Of a DNA stretch of 52,943 nucleotides, positions 16,854 through 26,216 are shown piece by piece. The notes under the pieces are model-generated. The model was not told the DNA's origin. It was given only the letters and a program-made list of their open reading frames with translations, and ran no database searches. The stretch spans positions 1 to 52,943 of the forward strand of contig JAOUNA010000002.1 in the NCBI GenBank assembly GCA_029881215.1, in the 5' to 3' direction. A program made the position numbers and the translations under genes. This DNA comes from Myxococcales bacterium. GTDB lineage: Bacteria > Myxococcota_A > UBA9160 > SMWR01. Each line of letters starts with the position of its first letter. Within the stretch, counting starts at the first letter, position 1.

Positions 16854-17822
16854 GTGAAGCAGAGCCACGCCGCGCTCGCTCAGCTCGCATCGAATACACT
16901 GTTCCGACCCGCCTCCGAGGCGGCCAGCCGGGTCTGCGAAGAGATCCGCTCCCGACACGGGGATGCGCTGGTGGCGGTGCTCTTCTACGGCTCGTGTCTG
17001 CGCGGCGAGAGCAGCGAAGGCGTGCTCGATTTCTACGCGCTCGTGGACGATTACGTCCGCGCCTACGACGCGCGCTGGCCCGCGTGGCTCAACGCAGCGT
17101 TTCCTCCGAGCGTCTTCTATCTCGAGTGTGATGCGGGATCGCAGCGCCTGCGGGCCAAGGTCGCCGTCATCTCGGTGCGCGACTTCTTGCGGGGAGTCGG
17201 AGCCCGCAGTGTGCGCTCGGGGATCTGGGCGCGCTTCTGCCAGCCCTCCGTCGCGGTATGGGTGCGTGACGCAGCCGCGCGCGAGGCGCTGGTCGCGGCG
17301 GTGGTCCGCGCGGCGCTCACCGCCGTCGAGCGAACACTTCCGCAGCTGCCCGACGCACGCGGCATGCAGCGCTTCGACGCGACGTCGTTCTGGCAGGCGT
17401 CGTTCCGGGAGACCTACGCCGCGGAGCTGCGCGCCGAGAGCGACACCACCATCCAGAATCTCTACCACACGGCGCCGGAGTACTACGCGCGCCTGCTCGA
17501 GGCGGCGCTCGAGTCTCTCGCCGGCGAGCGGCGGATCGCGCTGCGGCGCGACGGCGCGCTGTGGATCGTCGAGCATCCGCTCCGCCGCCTGAGGCGCGCG
17601 CGCACCATCGCGCGGCTGCGCAGACCCGCTGCCAAGCTGCTCGCCCTGATCCAGCTGCTGAAGAGTGCCTGCACCTTCGGCGATTGGCTGCCCTACGCGC
17701 TGTGGAAGCTGGAACGGCATACGGGCACGCGACTCGTGCTCACGGAGAGGCAGCGCCGTCATCCGTGGCTGTTCGGCTGGCCCCTCATCCTGCGCGTGCT
17801 GCGCCGCGGCGAGCTGCGTTGA
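16854..17822 (+). CDS. Nucleotidyltransferase-fold protein resembling Caulobacter CpgC (possible CDP-lipid-forming enzyme)
   Basis: Pol-beta NTase-like AVLFYGSCLR...VLDFYALVD, plus WARFCQP, TYAAELRAE and KSACTFGDWLPYALWKLERHTG...QRRHP; lies directly after the DAGK-like gene, as cpgB-cpgC do (recalled, not searched). Confidence 0.65.
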   Translation: MKQSHAALAQLASNTLFRPASEAASRVCEEIRSRHGDALVAVLFYGSCLRGESSEGVLDFYALVDDYVRAYDARWPAWLNAAFPPSVFYLECDAGSQRLRAKVAVISVRDFLRGVGARSVRSGIWARFCQPSVAVWVRDAAAREALVAAVVRAALTAVERTLPQLPDARGMQRFDATSFWQASFRETYAAELRAESDTTIQNLYHTAPEYYARLLEAALESLAGERRIALRRDGALWIVEHPLRRLRRARTIARLRRPAAKLLALIQLLKSACTFGDWLPYALWKLERHTGTRLVLTERQRRHPWLFGWPLILRVLRRGELR

Positions 17823-17895
17823 GACCGGACGGCACGCCGCGCTCTGCAGGAGCCCTGCGCCCGGCTGACGCCCCACGCCGTGCGGGTCGCGGGAG

Positions 17896-18396
17896 TCAGG
17901 CTCCGACGGGCGGATTCGCCTCGAGATCGAGGGCGGCGGCCAGATCGGCCACCACGCCACTCACGCGCTGCAGCGTTCCGTTGGTGTCGCCCTGGAACAG
18001 GCCCAGGAAGCGCTCCGTCAGCACCTGCTCCGCGCGCAGGATGGCGCGTCGCCCTTCCTCCGCGAGCTCGAGCCGGACGCCGCGCCGATCCGAAGCCACC
18101 GGAACGCGCCGCAGCATCCCGGCGTGCTCCAGGCCGTCGACCAGGGACGTGAGCGTGGGACGGCTCACACCCAGGGTCGAGGCGAGAATACTGGCGCGCA
18201 CGGGCCCGTCCGCGATTGTGACGAGCAGGCGATACTGCGGCAGGCTGATGCCGGTGCTGCGGCAGACCTGCTCGGCCAGCCGGGCCAGCCGGGCCAGCAA
18301 GCGGATGCCAGGTCGGAAGTCCGGAAGCGGCAGCGCGAGCCGATCGGATCGTCCCCCGACCAGGAGCAGCGATTGCGAGCTCATGGGTTGATTCAC
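17896..18396 (-). CDS. MarR-family transcriptional regulator
   Basis: ISLPQYRLL, LASTLGVSRPTLTSLVDGLEHAGMLRR and wing DRRGVRLEL..EG. Confidence 0.88.
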   Translation of the reverse strand: MNQPMSSQSLLLVGGRSDRLALPLPDFRPGIRLLARLARLAEQVCRSTGISLPQYRLLVTIADGPVRASILASTLGVSRPTLTSLVDGLEHAGMLRRVPVASDRRGVRLELAEEGRRAILRAEQVLTERFLGLFQGDTNGTLQRVSGVVADLAAALDLEANPPVGA

Positions 18397-18452
18397 CTCA
18401 GGGGTTGGCGCTGATTCGATGGCGCGGCGCGAGTATAGAACCGGAAAACCTA

Positions 18453-18468
18453 ATTAGACTAGTCCAAT
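18453..18468. promoter_or_regulatory. Imperfect 16-bp palindrome ATTAGACTAGTCCAAT, candidate MarR operator
   Basis: 7 of 8 symmetric pairs match; lies in an AT-rich gap between the divergent MarR and SDR genes. A second inverted pair, AAAATCT/AGATTTT, occupies 18475-18508. Confidence 0.55.
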
Positions 18469-18552
18469 CTCTGAAAAATCTTCTAACTGATCGACAGCAG
18501 TAGATTTTCTTCTGAGGTGACAGGGGGATACGGCGCGATACGCTTGGCCCCC

Positions 18553-19359
18553 ATGGGATCTACCGCCCTGGTGACGGGCGCTTCTTCGGGGATCGGCGCC
18601 GCGACGGCTCGCGTGCTGGCGCAGCGGGGCTTCGAGGTCTTCGGCACCAGCCGCAGGCCCGAGGCGCTGCCGCCGGAGGCGCCGACCGGCATCCACTGGC
18701 TCGGCATGGACGTGCGCGACGAGGCGTCGGTCGGCCGCGCCGTGGCCCAGCTGCTGGACACGGGCTCCGGGCTCGACGCGCTCGTCTGCAACGCCGGCTG
18801 CGGCATCTTCGGCAGCGTCGAGGAGGTTCCACTCGAGGCGGCGCGGGCCCAGTTCGAGACCAACTTCTTCGGCACGCTCTGCACGCTGCGCGCCGCGCTG
18901 CCGCATCTTCGAGCGCGAGGCTCGGGCCGCGTCGTGCTGGTCGGCTCGCTTGCCGGGCGGGCCCCGATCCCGTTCCAGGCGCATTACTCGGCGTCGAAGG
19001 CGGCGATCGAAGCGCTGGCGCTGGCGCTGCGCAACGAGCTGCACCCGCTCGGCGTGCGCGTCTCCCTGGTCGAGCCCGGAGACATTCGCACGGCGTTCAA
19101 CGACGCCGTGGACTTCGGAGACCCGCAGGCCTCGGCGTACCGCGATCGCATCGCGCGCTGCCAGGGGGTCATCGAGAAGACGATGTCCGAGGCGCCGGGC
19201 CCCGAGATCGTCGCAAATGCGATTCATCGCGCGCTCACCGCACGCCGGCCGCGCGTGCGCTACGCGGTCGGTCCGGAATCGCGGCGCGTCCCCCTCGGTC
19301 GTCGCCTGCTGCCGGACGCCCTCGCGCTGCGCCTGATCCGCGCGCACTTCCGCGTTTGA
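18553..19359 (+). CDS. Classical short-chain dehydrogenase/reductase (SDR)
   Basis: [12 protein letters not shown] and YSASK catalytic motif, VEPGDIRT; start set at ATG 18553. Confidence 0.92.
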   Translation: MGSTALVTGASSGIGAATARVLAQRGFEVFGTSRRPEALPPEAPTGIHWLGMDVRDEASVGRAVAQLLDTGSGLDALVCNAGCGIFGSVEEVPLEAARAQFETNFFGTLCTLRAALPHLRARGSGRVVLVGSLAGRAPIPFQAHYSASKAAIEALALALRNELHPLGVRVSLVEPGDIRTAFNDAVDFGDPQASAYRDRIARCQGVIEKTMSEAPGPEIVANAIHRALTARRPRVRYAVGPESRRVPLGRRLLPDALALRLIRAHFRV

Positions 19360-19370
19360 CACTGGGAGGT

Positions 19371-19408
19371 GCAGCGCTCGGGGATGCGGCGAGCGCTGTG
19401 CTATTTTT
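19371..19408 (+). terminator. Candidate intrinsic terminator after the SDR gene
   Basis: 9-bp stem CAGCGCTCG/CGAGCGCTG with 9-nt loop, followed by TGCTATTTTT. Confidence 0.5.
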
Positions 19409-19501
19409 CCGCTTCGCGCCACGGTTCGAATCGAGCTCTTGCGGCTCGCCTCTCACACCGGAACTCGGACCTGCGAACCCCGTGCAAGAGGAGCGCTTCC
19501 G

Positions 19502-20704
19502 ATGAGCAATCGCGTGTACGTCGTCGGCGTCGGCATGACCCGGTTCGAGAAGCCCGGCTCCCGGGAGTGGGACTATCCGGACATGGCGCGGGAAGCGGGC
19601 GAGAAGGCGCTCTCGGACGCGGGCATCGCGTATGAAGAGATCGAGCAGGTGATCGCGGGCTACACGAGCGGCGACTCCACCAGCGGCGAGCGCGCCGTCT
19701 ACACGCTCGGTCTCACGGGCATTCCCATCTACAACGTGAACAACAACTGCTCGACGGGTTCCACCGCGCTCTTCATGGGGAAGCAGCTGATCGAGGGCGG
19801 CCTCGCCGACTGCGTGCTGGCGATCGGCTTCGAGAAGATGGAGCGGGGATCCATCGGGATGAAATACACCGATCGCACGCCCCCGCTCGATCGGCACATC
19901 AAACACATGGCGGAGCTGCGCGGCTTCTCGGAGGCGCCGATGGCCCCCCAGCTCTTCGGCAATGCTGGCCGGGAGCACATGGAGCGCTACGGCACGCGAC
20001 CGGAGCAGTTCGCAAAGATCGGCTGGAAGAACCACAAGCATTCGGTCAACAATCCGTACTCGCAGTTCCGGGACGAGTACACGCTCGAAGACATCCTCGG
20101 CGCGCCGATGATCTACGAACCGCTGACGAAGCTGCAGTGCTGTCCGACGTCGGACGGTGCCGCAGCGGCCCTGCTGGCGAGCGCGACCTTCGTCGAGAAG
20201 CACGGGCTGCGAGACCAGGCGGTGGAGATCCTCGGCATGGCCATGGCCACCGATCTGCCGAGCAGCTTCGAAGAGAAGAGCTCGATCAAGCTCGTCGGCT
20301 ACGACATGACGAAGAAGGCGGCCGAGCAGGTATACGAGCAGTCGGGGTTCGGCCCCGAGAACGTGGATGTGGTGGAACTTCACGACTGCTTCTCGACGAA
20401 CGAGCTGATCACCTACGAGGCGCTCGGCTTGTGCGCGGAAGGCAAAGGCGGAGAGCTGGTGGACTCCGGCGCCACGACCTACGGCGGACAGCCGGTCGTG
20501 AACCCTTCGGGCGGATTGATCTCGAAGGGACATCCCCTGGGCGCCACCGGCCTCGCGCAGTGCGCGGAGCTCAACTGGCAGCTGCGCGGCATCGCCGACG
20601 CACGCCAGGTCGAAGGCGCCGAGCTCGCGCTCCAGCACAACCTCGGTCTCGGCGGCGCCGCCGTCGTCGCGATGTATCGCAAGGCAGCGTTCGGCGACCG
20701 CTGA
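19502..20704 (+). CDS. SCP-x type thiolase (lipid-transfer protein family)
   Basis: [48 protein letters not shown] and QHNLGLGG motifs. Confidence 0.93.
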   Translation: MSNRVYVVGVGMTRFEKPGSREWDYPDMAREAGEKALSDAGIAYEEIEQVIAGYTSGDSTSGERAVYTLGLTGIPIYNVNNNCSTGSTALFMGKQLIEGGLADCVLAIGFEKMERGSIGMKYTDRTPPLDRHIKHMAELRGFSEAPMAPQLFGNAGREHMERYGTRPEQFAKIGWKNHKHSVNNPYSQFRDEYTLEDILGAPMIYEPLTKLQCCPTSDGAAAALLASATFVEKHGLRDQAVEILGMAMATDLPSSFEEKSSIKLVGYDMTKKAAEQVYEQSGFGPENVDVVELHDCFSTNELITYEALGLCAEGKGGELVDSGATTYGGQPVVNPSGGLISKGHPLGATGLAQCAELNWQLRGIADARQVEGAELALQHNLGLGGAAVVAMYRKAAFGDR

Positions 20705-20728
20705 GCGCTACAGCCGCCCGAGGATCGC

Positions 20729-22117
20729 TTGAGCCGAGTCGCTGCAGATCGCGCGCCCGCCGCAACGAGCGAAGACCCCCGACTGAATTCTGCGCGCAAG
20801 CTGGTCTACGCGAGCGGCGACGTCACACTCAACACGGCGCTGTCGGCGCTCTCGATCATCTTCATCCAGTACTTCCTCACCCAGGTCGCCGGGCTGAGGC
20901 CGGAGCTGGCAGCCGCCGTGCAGCTCGTGGGCCGCGCCGTGGATGCCTTCACCGATCCGGCAATGGGCCGCCTCTCGGATGCGTGTCGCTGGAAGCTCGG
21001 CCGCCGGCGCCCCTTCCTGCTGATCGGCGCCGTGCCGTTCGGTGTCACCTTCGCGCTGCTGTGGGTCGATCTCGGCGCGGCTTCCCAGTGGGAGATGTTC
21101 ACCTACTACACCGGCATCTACGTGCTGCTCAGCCTGGCGATGACCGTGCTGTCGATCCCGTACCTGGCGCTCCAGCCCGAGATGGCGCTCGGCTACGACG
21201 CGCGCACGTCGCTGAACACCTTCCGCAATGCCGGATCGGTGCTCGGCATTCTCGCAACCGTGGCGTTCCGGCCGCTGGCGCACGCCCTGGGCGACGGCCC
21301 GCGAGGCTTCGCCTGCGCGGGCATCGCGTTCGGACTGCTGCTCGCGCTGCCGTGGCTCCCGATCTTCCTCGCCACGTGGGAGCGCCCGGAGTTCCAGCAG
21401 CGCACGCCCCGCATGACGCTTCGCGCCGGCCTGCTCGCCGTCGCGCGCCACCGCGCCTTCCGGAAGCTCGTCGGCCTGTATCTGTGCGGTCGCGTGGCCA
21501 TGGATCTGGTGGGCGCGATGCTCATTCTCTACTTCACGCACTACATGGGCCGCACCCACGACTTCGAGCGCGTGATGCTGCTCTTCCTGGCCGTCGTGCT
21601 CGTCTCTCTTCCCTTCTGGCTGCGCGTCGCCCAGGGATTCGACAAGGCGTCGATCTTCATCGTGGGCTCGCTGTGGTGGATCGTGTCCCTGCTGTCGCTC
21701 CTGCTCGCGGAGCCCGATTGGCCGCGCTGGTCCGTCTTCGCGCTCGCCGCGCTCGGCGCCGTGGGGTACGCCGTCGTGGATCTGATGCCGTGGTCGATGC
21801 TGGGCGAAGTCGTCGACGCGGACGATCTCGCCACCGGCGAGCGCCGGGAGGGCATCTACAACGGCTTCTTCACCTTCCTGCGCAAGCTCGCGGGCACGAT
21901 CGCCGTGGCCCTGGCGCTCGCATCGCTGGGAGCGCTCGGCCTCACGAAGGGGGACGCCCAGTCCGAGACGGTGCGCAGCGCGATCCGATTGCTGTCCACG
22001 CTCACGCCGGCCGTGTTTCTCGCACTCGGGGTGTGGATCGCCCGCGGCTACCCGCTCTCCCGCGAGCGGCACGCCCGCATCGTGAAGCAGCTCGCGGAGC
22101 GCAACGCGAAGCGCTGA
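20729..22117 (+). CDS. MFS transporter, glycoside-pentoside-hexuronide (MelB/Mfsd2-like) family
   Basis: DAFTDPAMGRLSD...GRRRPF, IPYLALQPEM...YDARTSL and DDLATGERREGIY motifs; about 12 TM segments. Confidence 0.88.
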   Translation: MSRVAADRAPAATSEDPRLNSARKLVYASGDVTLNTALSALSIIFIQYFLTQVAGLRPELAAAVQLVGRAVDAFTDPAMGRLSDACRWKLGRRRPFLLIGAVPFGVTFALLWVDLGAASQWEMFTYYTGIYVLLSLAMTVLSIPYLALQPEMALGYDARTSLNTFRNAGSVLGILATVAFRPLAHALGDGPRGFACAGIAFGLLLALPWLPIFLATWERPEFQQRTPRMTLRAGLLAVARHRAFRKLVGLYLCGRVAMDLVGAMLILYFTHYMGRTHDFERVMLLFLAVVLVSLPFWLRVAQGFDKASIFIVGSLWWIVSLLSLLLAEPDWPRWSVFALAALGAVGYAVVDLMPWSMLGEVVDADDLATGERREGIYNGFFTFLRKLAGTIAVALALASLGALGLTKGDAQSETVRSAIRLLSTLTPAVFLALGVWIARGYPLSRERHARIVKQLAERNAKR

Positions 22118-22151
22118 GGTGAACCGCGCAGGCGCCCGCGCAGGAACCGCT

Positions 22152-23558
22152 TCAGCGCGTCAGGCCGCCGGCGCGCAGCCCCTCCTCGACGAGCGCGCGG
22201 GGCTCCGGATGCGCGGCGAAGGTGAGGTGCGCGCCCGGATACCACGCCATGCGCGGTCGCTCCCAGTGGCGCCACAGATCGCGCGCCTGCTCGGGGGGCA
22301 CGATGCGGTCGGCCGTCCCGGCGAAGAGGAAGCGCCGCTCGCGGCTCACGCGGGGTGTCAACGCGAGGGGCGAGACGACGCGGAGCACATCCGAGACGTC
22401 CCGTTCCTTGATGTCGTGGAGCTGCGCTTCGCGCACCTGCATCGCAGGGCTGTGCCGGAACAGCAGGTGCGCGAGATCCACGGCGGGGACGCCCACGATC
22501 GCGCAGGAGAGGCCCTCGCAGAGCGAGGCGAGCAGCGCGGCGTTGTATCCCCCGAGCGAGATGCCGTAGACGCCGATCTTCATGGCGCCCTGCCCCTCCA
22601 GCCAGGCGAGCATGCGGCGCACGTCCCAGACCGCCTGCGCCTCCGCGTGGAGCGTGTCGATCACGTCCGCTCCCAGGTAGCCGTCGCCGCTGCTCCAGCC
22701 GGGCGCGCGGGGCCCGTGCAGCGGGAGCACGGGGAGCAGCAGATTGAGTCCCAGCTGACGGTGCAGCCAGTCGGGGCGGAACGCGTGGAGGTCCACGATC
22801 GGTCGGCCCATTCGATAGCCGTGGATGCAGATCAACCAGGGGCGCGGGGCGCCGCGGTGGCGCAGGACCCAGGCGTGCGCCACCCGGTTCTCTGCGTAGC
22901 CGAGCCAGCGCGAGGCGCCCGGCTCTTCGTCGTGCGGCTCGTAGCCGCTCTCGAAGCGCAGGTGTTCATAGGCGATGCCGCCCGTCGCGGCGGGCGAGAG
23001 CTCGGGAGACTCGAGACCCGGAGGTCCCCGGTGATAGCTCTCCGGCTTCTCGAGCCAGCCGGCGGCGTCGAAGAGCTCGCGCGCGCGCGCCACCTCGCGC
23101 CGGATGCGCGCGAGATCGCCGCCGCTCCGGAGCATCGCCGCGAGCGTGTTGCTCGAGAGGACCAGCTCATCCAGCGCGACCTCGGCGGCCAGCCGCAGAC
23201 CCTTCGCGGACGCCGGCACCTCCTCGACGCGGGTCTCGACGCGCAGCGTGTACGCCCCCGCCGCGACGAAGCCGAGCGCCGAAGCGGCCAGCAGCAGGAG
23301 CCCGTGTCCGGCGCCCACCAGGGGGAGAGCGGGCAGTGCCGCGAGCACGCCGAGTGCGCCTCCCAGCGCCGCGAACTGACCGATGCGCAGCTCGCCCGGC
23401 ATCCCGAGCATGGCGAGACCGGATCCCAGCAGCAGGGTCCCGGGAAGCACCGAGACGAGGAAGCCGGGAAGTCCGTGCGCGGGCGCACTCCACAGCCAAT
23501 AGAGCCCCGCGATCAGCGGCAGCCAGCCCTCTCGGTACCCGCGAGACGATTCGACCAC
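22152..23558 (-). CDS. Membrane-anchored alpha/beta hydrolase
   Basis: Four N-terminal hydrophobic segments; IHGY oxyanion motif, nucleophile elbow GISLGG, acid DRIVP and His in PGAH. Confidence 0.8.
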   Translation of the reverse strand: MVESSRGYREGWLPLIAGLYWLWSAPAHGLPGFLVSVLPGTLLLGSGLAMLGMPGELRIGQFAALGGALGVLAALPALPLVGAGHGLLLLAASALGFVAAGAYTLRVETRVEEVPASAKGLRLAAEVALDELVLSSNTLAAMLRSGGDLARIRREVARARELFDAAGWLEKPESYHRGPPGLESPELSPAATGGIAYEHLRFESGYEPHDEEPGASRWLGYAENRVAHAWVLRHRGAPRPWLICIHGYRMGRPIVDLHAFRPDWLHRQLGLNLLLPVLPLHGPRAPGWSSGDGYLGADVIDTLHAEAQAVWDVRRMLAWLEGQGAMKIGVYGISLGGYNAALLASLCEGLSCAIVGVPAVDLAHLLFRHSPAMQVREAQLHDIKERDVSDVLRVVSPLALTPRVSRERRFLFAGTADRIVPPEQARDLWRHWERPRMAWYPGAHLTFAAHPEPRALVEEGLRAGGLTR

Positions 23559-23696
23559 GTATTGCGCTCCCGTCCGGCCCTGCGCGCGATGCGCCGTGCC
23601 GCGCCCACTCGGTTCTGCGCGCCCGAGCGAGCATAACCTGGGCCGTTCGATCCCGTCAGTCGCCCGCTCCCGGCTCGCCGCGTCGCTGGCGAGCGC

Positions 23697-25031
23697 TCAC
23701 GACGCGAACAGTCCGCGGATCGCGTGCCACGTCTCGGGCACGGCGAACCAGAGCACGAAGATCAGGAAGATGGGAACGGCGAAGCGAAGCAGCCAGCGCC
23801 ACAGGAAGAACCAGGGCACGCCGTGGGCTCCCGCGCGCGCCTCGGCGACGGGATCTCGCATGAACCATCCCACGAAGACCGAGAGCGCGAGGCCGCCGCC
23901 CAGCAGGAAGAGGTTGTTCGCGATCTGATCGACCACCCCGAGCACGTCGGTGCTCCAGGCGGAAGGCGTCCCGAGCAGCGTGATCGCCGTACCGCTGACG
24001 AGGGCCGCGCGCCTGCGCGACCACCCGAGTCCGTCGATCGCAGAGGCAACGACGACCTCGAGGAGCGAGATCGCCGAGGTGAGTGCGCCCACCACGAGAG
24101 CGGCGAAGAAGGCAAATCCCACCACGCGTCCCACGCCGCCCATCTCCGCGAAGGCCTGCGGCAGGGTGATGAAGAGCGCACCGACGGTGCTCGCCTCCAC
24201 GCGCGCTTCCAGCCCCAGCGCGAAGATCAGCGGAAACACCACGAGTCCGGCGAGAAACGCGATCGCAACGTCCGCGCCGACGATGATCAGCGACTCGTTG
24301 GGTAGGTGTTGATCGCGCCCGAGATAGCTGGCGAAGGTGAGCATGGCGCCCATTCCGAGGCTCAGGCTGAAGAAGGCCTGACCCGCGGCGTCCTTCAACA
24401 CGCTCCAGTGGAGCAGCTTGGAGACGTCTGCCGAGAGATAGTAGGCGTAGCCGGCCGAAGCTCCGTGGAGCGTGGTGGCGTAGACCGCGAGGCCCGCCAC
24501 GATGACGAAGAGCGCGGGCATCAAGAGCATGGCGGTGCGCTCGATTCCGCGCTTCACGCCGCCGGCCACGATCCCGATCGTGACGGCCATGAAGAGCACG
24601 TGGAAGCCGAACGCGTCCCATCCGGTCGCAATCTCGCCGAACCGGTCGGCCGCGTGGGCACCGAAGCCTTCGGTCAGCACGATCAGGCCGTAGCGGACCG
24701 TCCAGCCCGCAATCACGCCGTAGTAGGAGAGGATCAGGAAGCCTGCCGCCACGAAGACGCCGCCGAGCAGCTTCCAGCGCGGGCCGCCGAAGTGCTGCAG
24801 CGCACGGATCGGACTCTGCTGCGCCCCGCGACCGACCACGAGCTCGGCCAGCAGGACGGGCAGGCCCACGACCAACGTGACGCCGACGTAGAAGATCACG
24901 AAGGCGGCCCCGCCGTTCTCGGCGGCGAGGTACGAGAAGCGCCACATGTTGCCGAGCCCGACGGCGGAACCCACCGCGGCGAGGACGAAGCCCGTGCGGC
25001 TCGACCACTGCTCTCTGGCTGCGCTGGCCAT
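23697..25031 (-). CDS. Sodium-dependent transporter, NSS/SLC6 (LeuT/MhsT) family
   Basis: REQWSSRTGFVLAAVGSAVGLGNMWRFSY, SYYGVIAGW, GQAFFSLSLGMG and ALTSAISLLE motifs. Confidence 0.95.
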   Translation of the reverse strand: MASAAREQWSSRTGFVLAAVGSAVGLGNMWRFSYLAAENGGAAFVIFYVGVTLVVGLPVLLAELVVGRGAQQSPIRALQHFGGPRWKLLGGVFVAAGFLILSYYGVIAGWTVRYGLIVLTEGFGAHAADRFGEIATGWDAFGFHVLFMAVTIGIVAGGVKRGIERTAMLLMPALFVIVAGLAVYATTLHGASAGYAYYLSADVSKLLHWSVLKDAAGQAFFSLSLGMGAMLTFASYLGRDQHLPNESLIIVGADVAIAFLAGLVVFPLIFALGLEARVEASTVGALFITLPQAFAEMGGVGRVVGFAFFAALVVGALTSAISLLEVVVASAIDGLGWSRRRAALVSGTAITLLGTPSAWSTDVLGVVDQIANNLFLLGGGLALSVFVGWFMRDPVAEARAGAHGVPWFFLWRWLLRFAVPIFLIFVLWFAVPETWHAIRGLFAS

Positions 25032-25201
25032 GAATCCCTCCGGCGGCCGTGCCCCACGCAGGCACCCTGCCTCGCACGGGGTCGTTGCGGAGCCGGGCGA
25101 GCATACAACGCCCGGCCGGGGAGGGCCGACGGCGCACTACACCGCCGGCGCGAGCCGGTCGATAGATGGGGTCGGAGCCCTGCCGGATCACGGAGAGCTG
25201 C

Positions 25202-26167
25202 ATGCGAAGCGCGCGCTACGAACGCATGACGAAGATCCTGGCCGATCCGGACGTGATGCTGCGCGTGGCCGAACGGATCGGCCGCTTCGAGTTGGGCACG
25301 CGCGACACCCGTCCGGGCGATGCCAGCGAGAGCTTTGCGCCGCGCCAGCGCGCAGCGCTGCAGGCGCACGCAAGCTACTTCCGGGAGAGGTACTTCGAAA
25401 GCGGCAGCTCCGTCGCCGGCATCGAGCCCCTGTTGCAGCACGCAGTCTTCATCGAAGCCTCGAAGCACCTGTACGGCAGGACGCACGTGCGCCCCGTTTC
25501 CGTGTGGGCGAACCTGCTGCTGCCCGGACAGAAGATCGCCCTGCACACGGACGTGCCCGAGTTCCGCGGCATGCGTCGGGGCAAGGAGCCGGACTGGCTG
25601 CTCGTCGCGATGCACCACTCGGGGCTCTTCGACGACTGGCGCATTTCCGCGGCCACCATCGTGATCTGCTTCGGCAGCGAACCCGCCGGCGGAGAGTTCG
25701 TCTTCTACCCCGACGGCCCCTACGGGCGCTCGGTCGCCGCCCCCGCCGAGCCGAACACCGGCATCTTGTTCGACGCGGAGAGCGTGTACCACGGGGTCGA
25801 TTCGCTGGCGCGGAAGAACACGTCCCTGCCCGAGCTCACGCCGCGCGTGGCGCTGCGCTACGGCGGTGACGGCGCGTGGGTACTCGACGACGACCACTCG
25901 GAGATGGCGCGCTACCGCTGGGAAGACGTGCGCTACGCGGTGGCCTGGAAGGCACACTGCTTCGCCGACGCCGCGGAGGAGACCAAGGTGCGCGAACACA
26001 CCCGCGACATCTCGCGCCAGCGCGTGCTCGAGGTCTTGCGCGACGATCTGAACAGCCGAGGCCGCGGAGGAGACGCGCCGCGGGACGAAACCCAGCTCGC
26101 GCAGAGAATCTTCGAAAACTACGTGAAATTCCCGCCCGCCAGGCCCTCGACCGCCGCGGGGCGCTGA
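25202..26167 (+). CDS. Uncharacterised 2OG-Fe(II) oxygenase-like protein
   Basis: HxD in LHTDVP, GGEFVF strand and distal His in SVYHGV; start set at ATG 25202 after GGAGAG. Confidence 0.6.
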   Translation: MRSARYERMTKILADPDVMLRVAERIGRFELGTRDTRPGDASESFAPRQRAALQAHASYFRERYFESGSSVAGIEPLLQHAVFIEASKHLYGRTHVRPVSVWANLLLPGQKIALHTDVPEFRGMRRGKEPDWLLVAMHHSGLFDDWRISAATIVICFGSEPAGGEFVFYPDGPYGRSVAAPAEPNTGILFDAESVYHGVDSLARKNTSLPELTPRVALRYGGDGAWVLDDDHSEMARYRWEDVRYAVAWKAHCFADAAEETKVREHTRDISRQRVLEVLRDDLNSRGRGGDAPRDETQLAQRIFENYVKFPPARPSTAAGR

Positions 26168-26216
26168 GGGCGAACGGCCGGCCCCGGCACCTCTCCGTCG
26201 GCGACCCACGGCTCGC

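Noticed and set aside
18274-18298. Tandem 9-bp repeat GGCCAGCCG (nearly three copies)
   Set aside because: Encodes LARLARLA in the MarR helix; too short and in frame, not a CRISPR or contingency locus.
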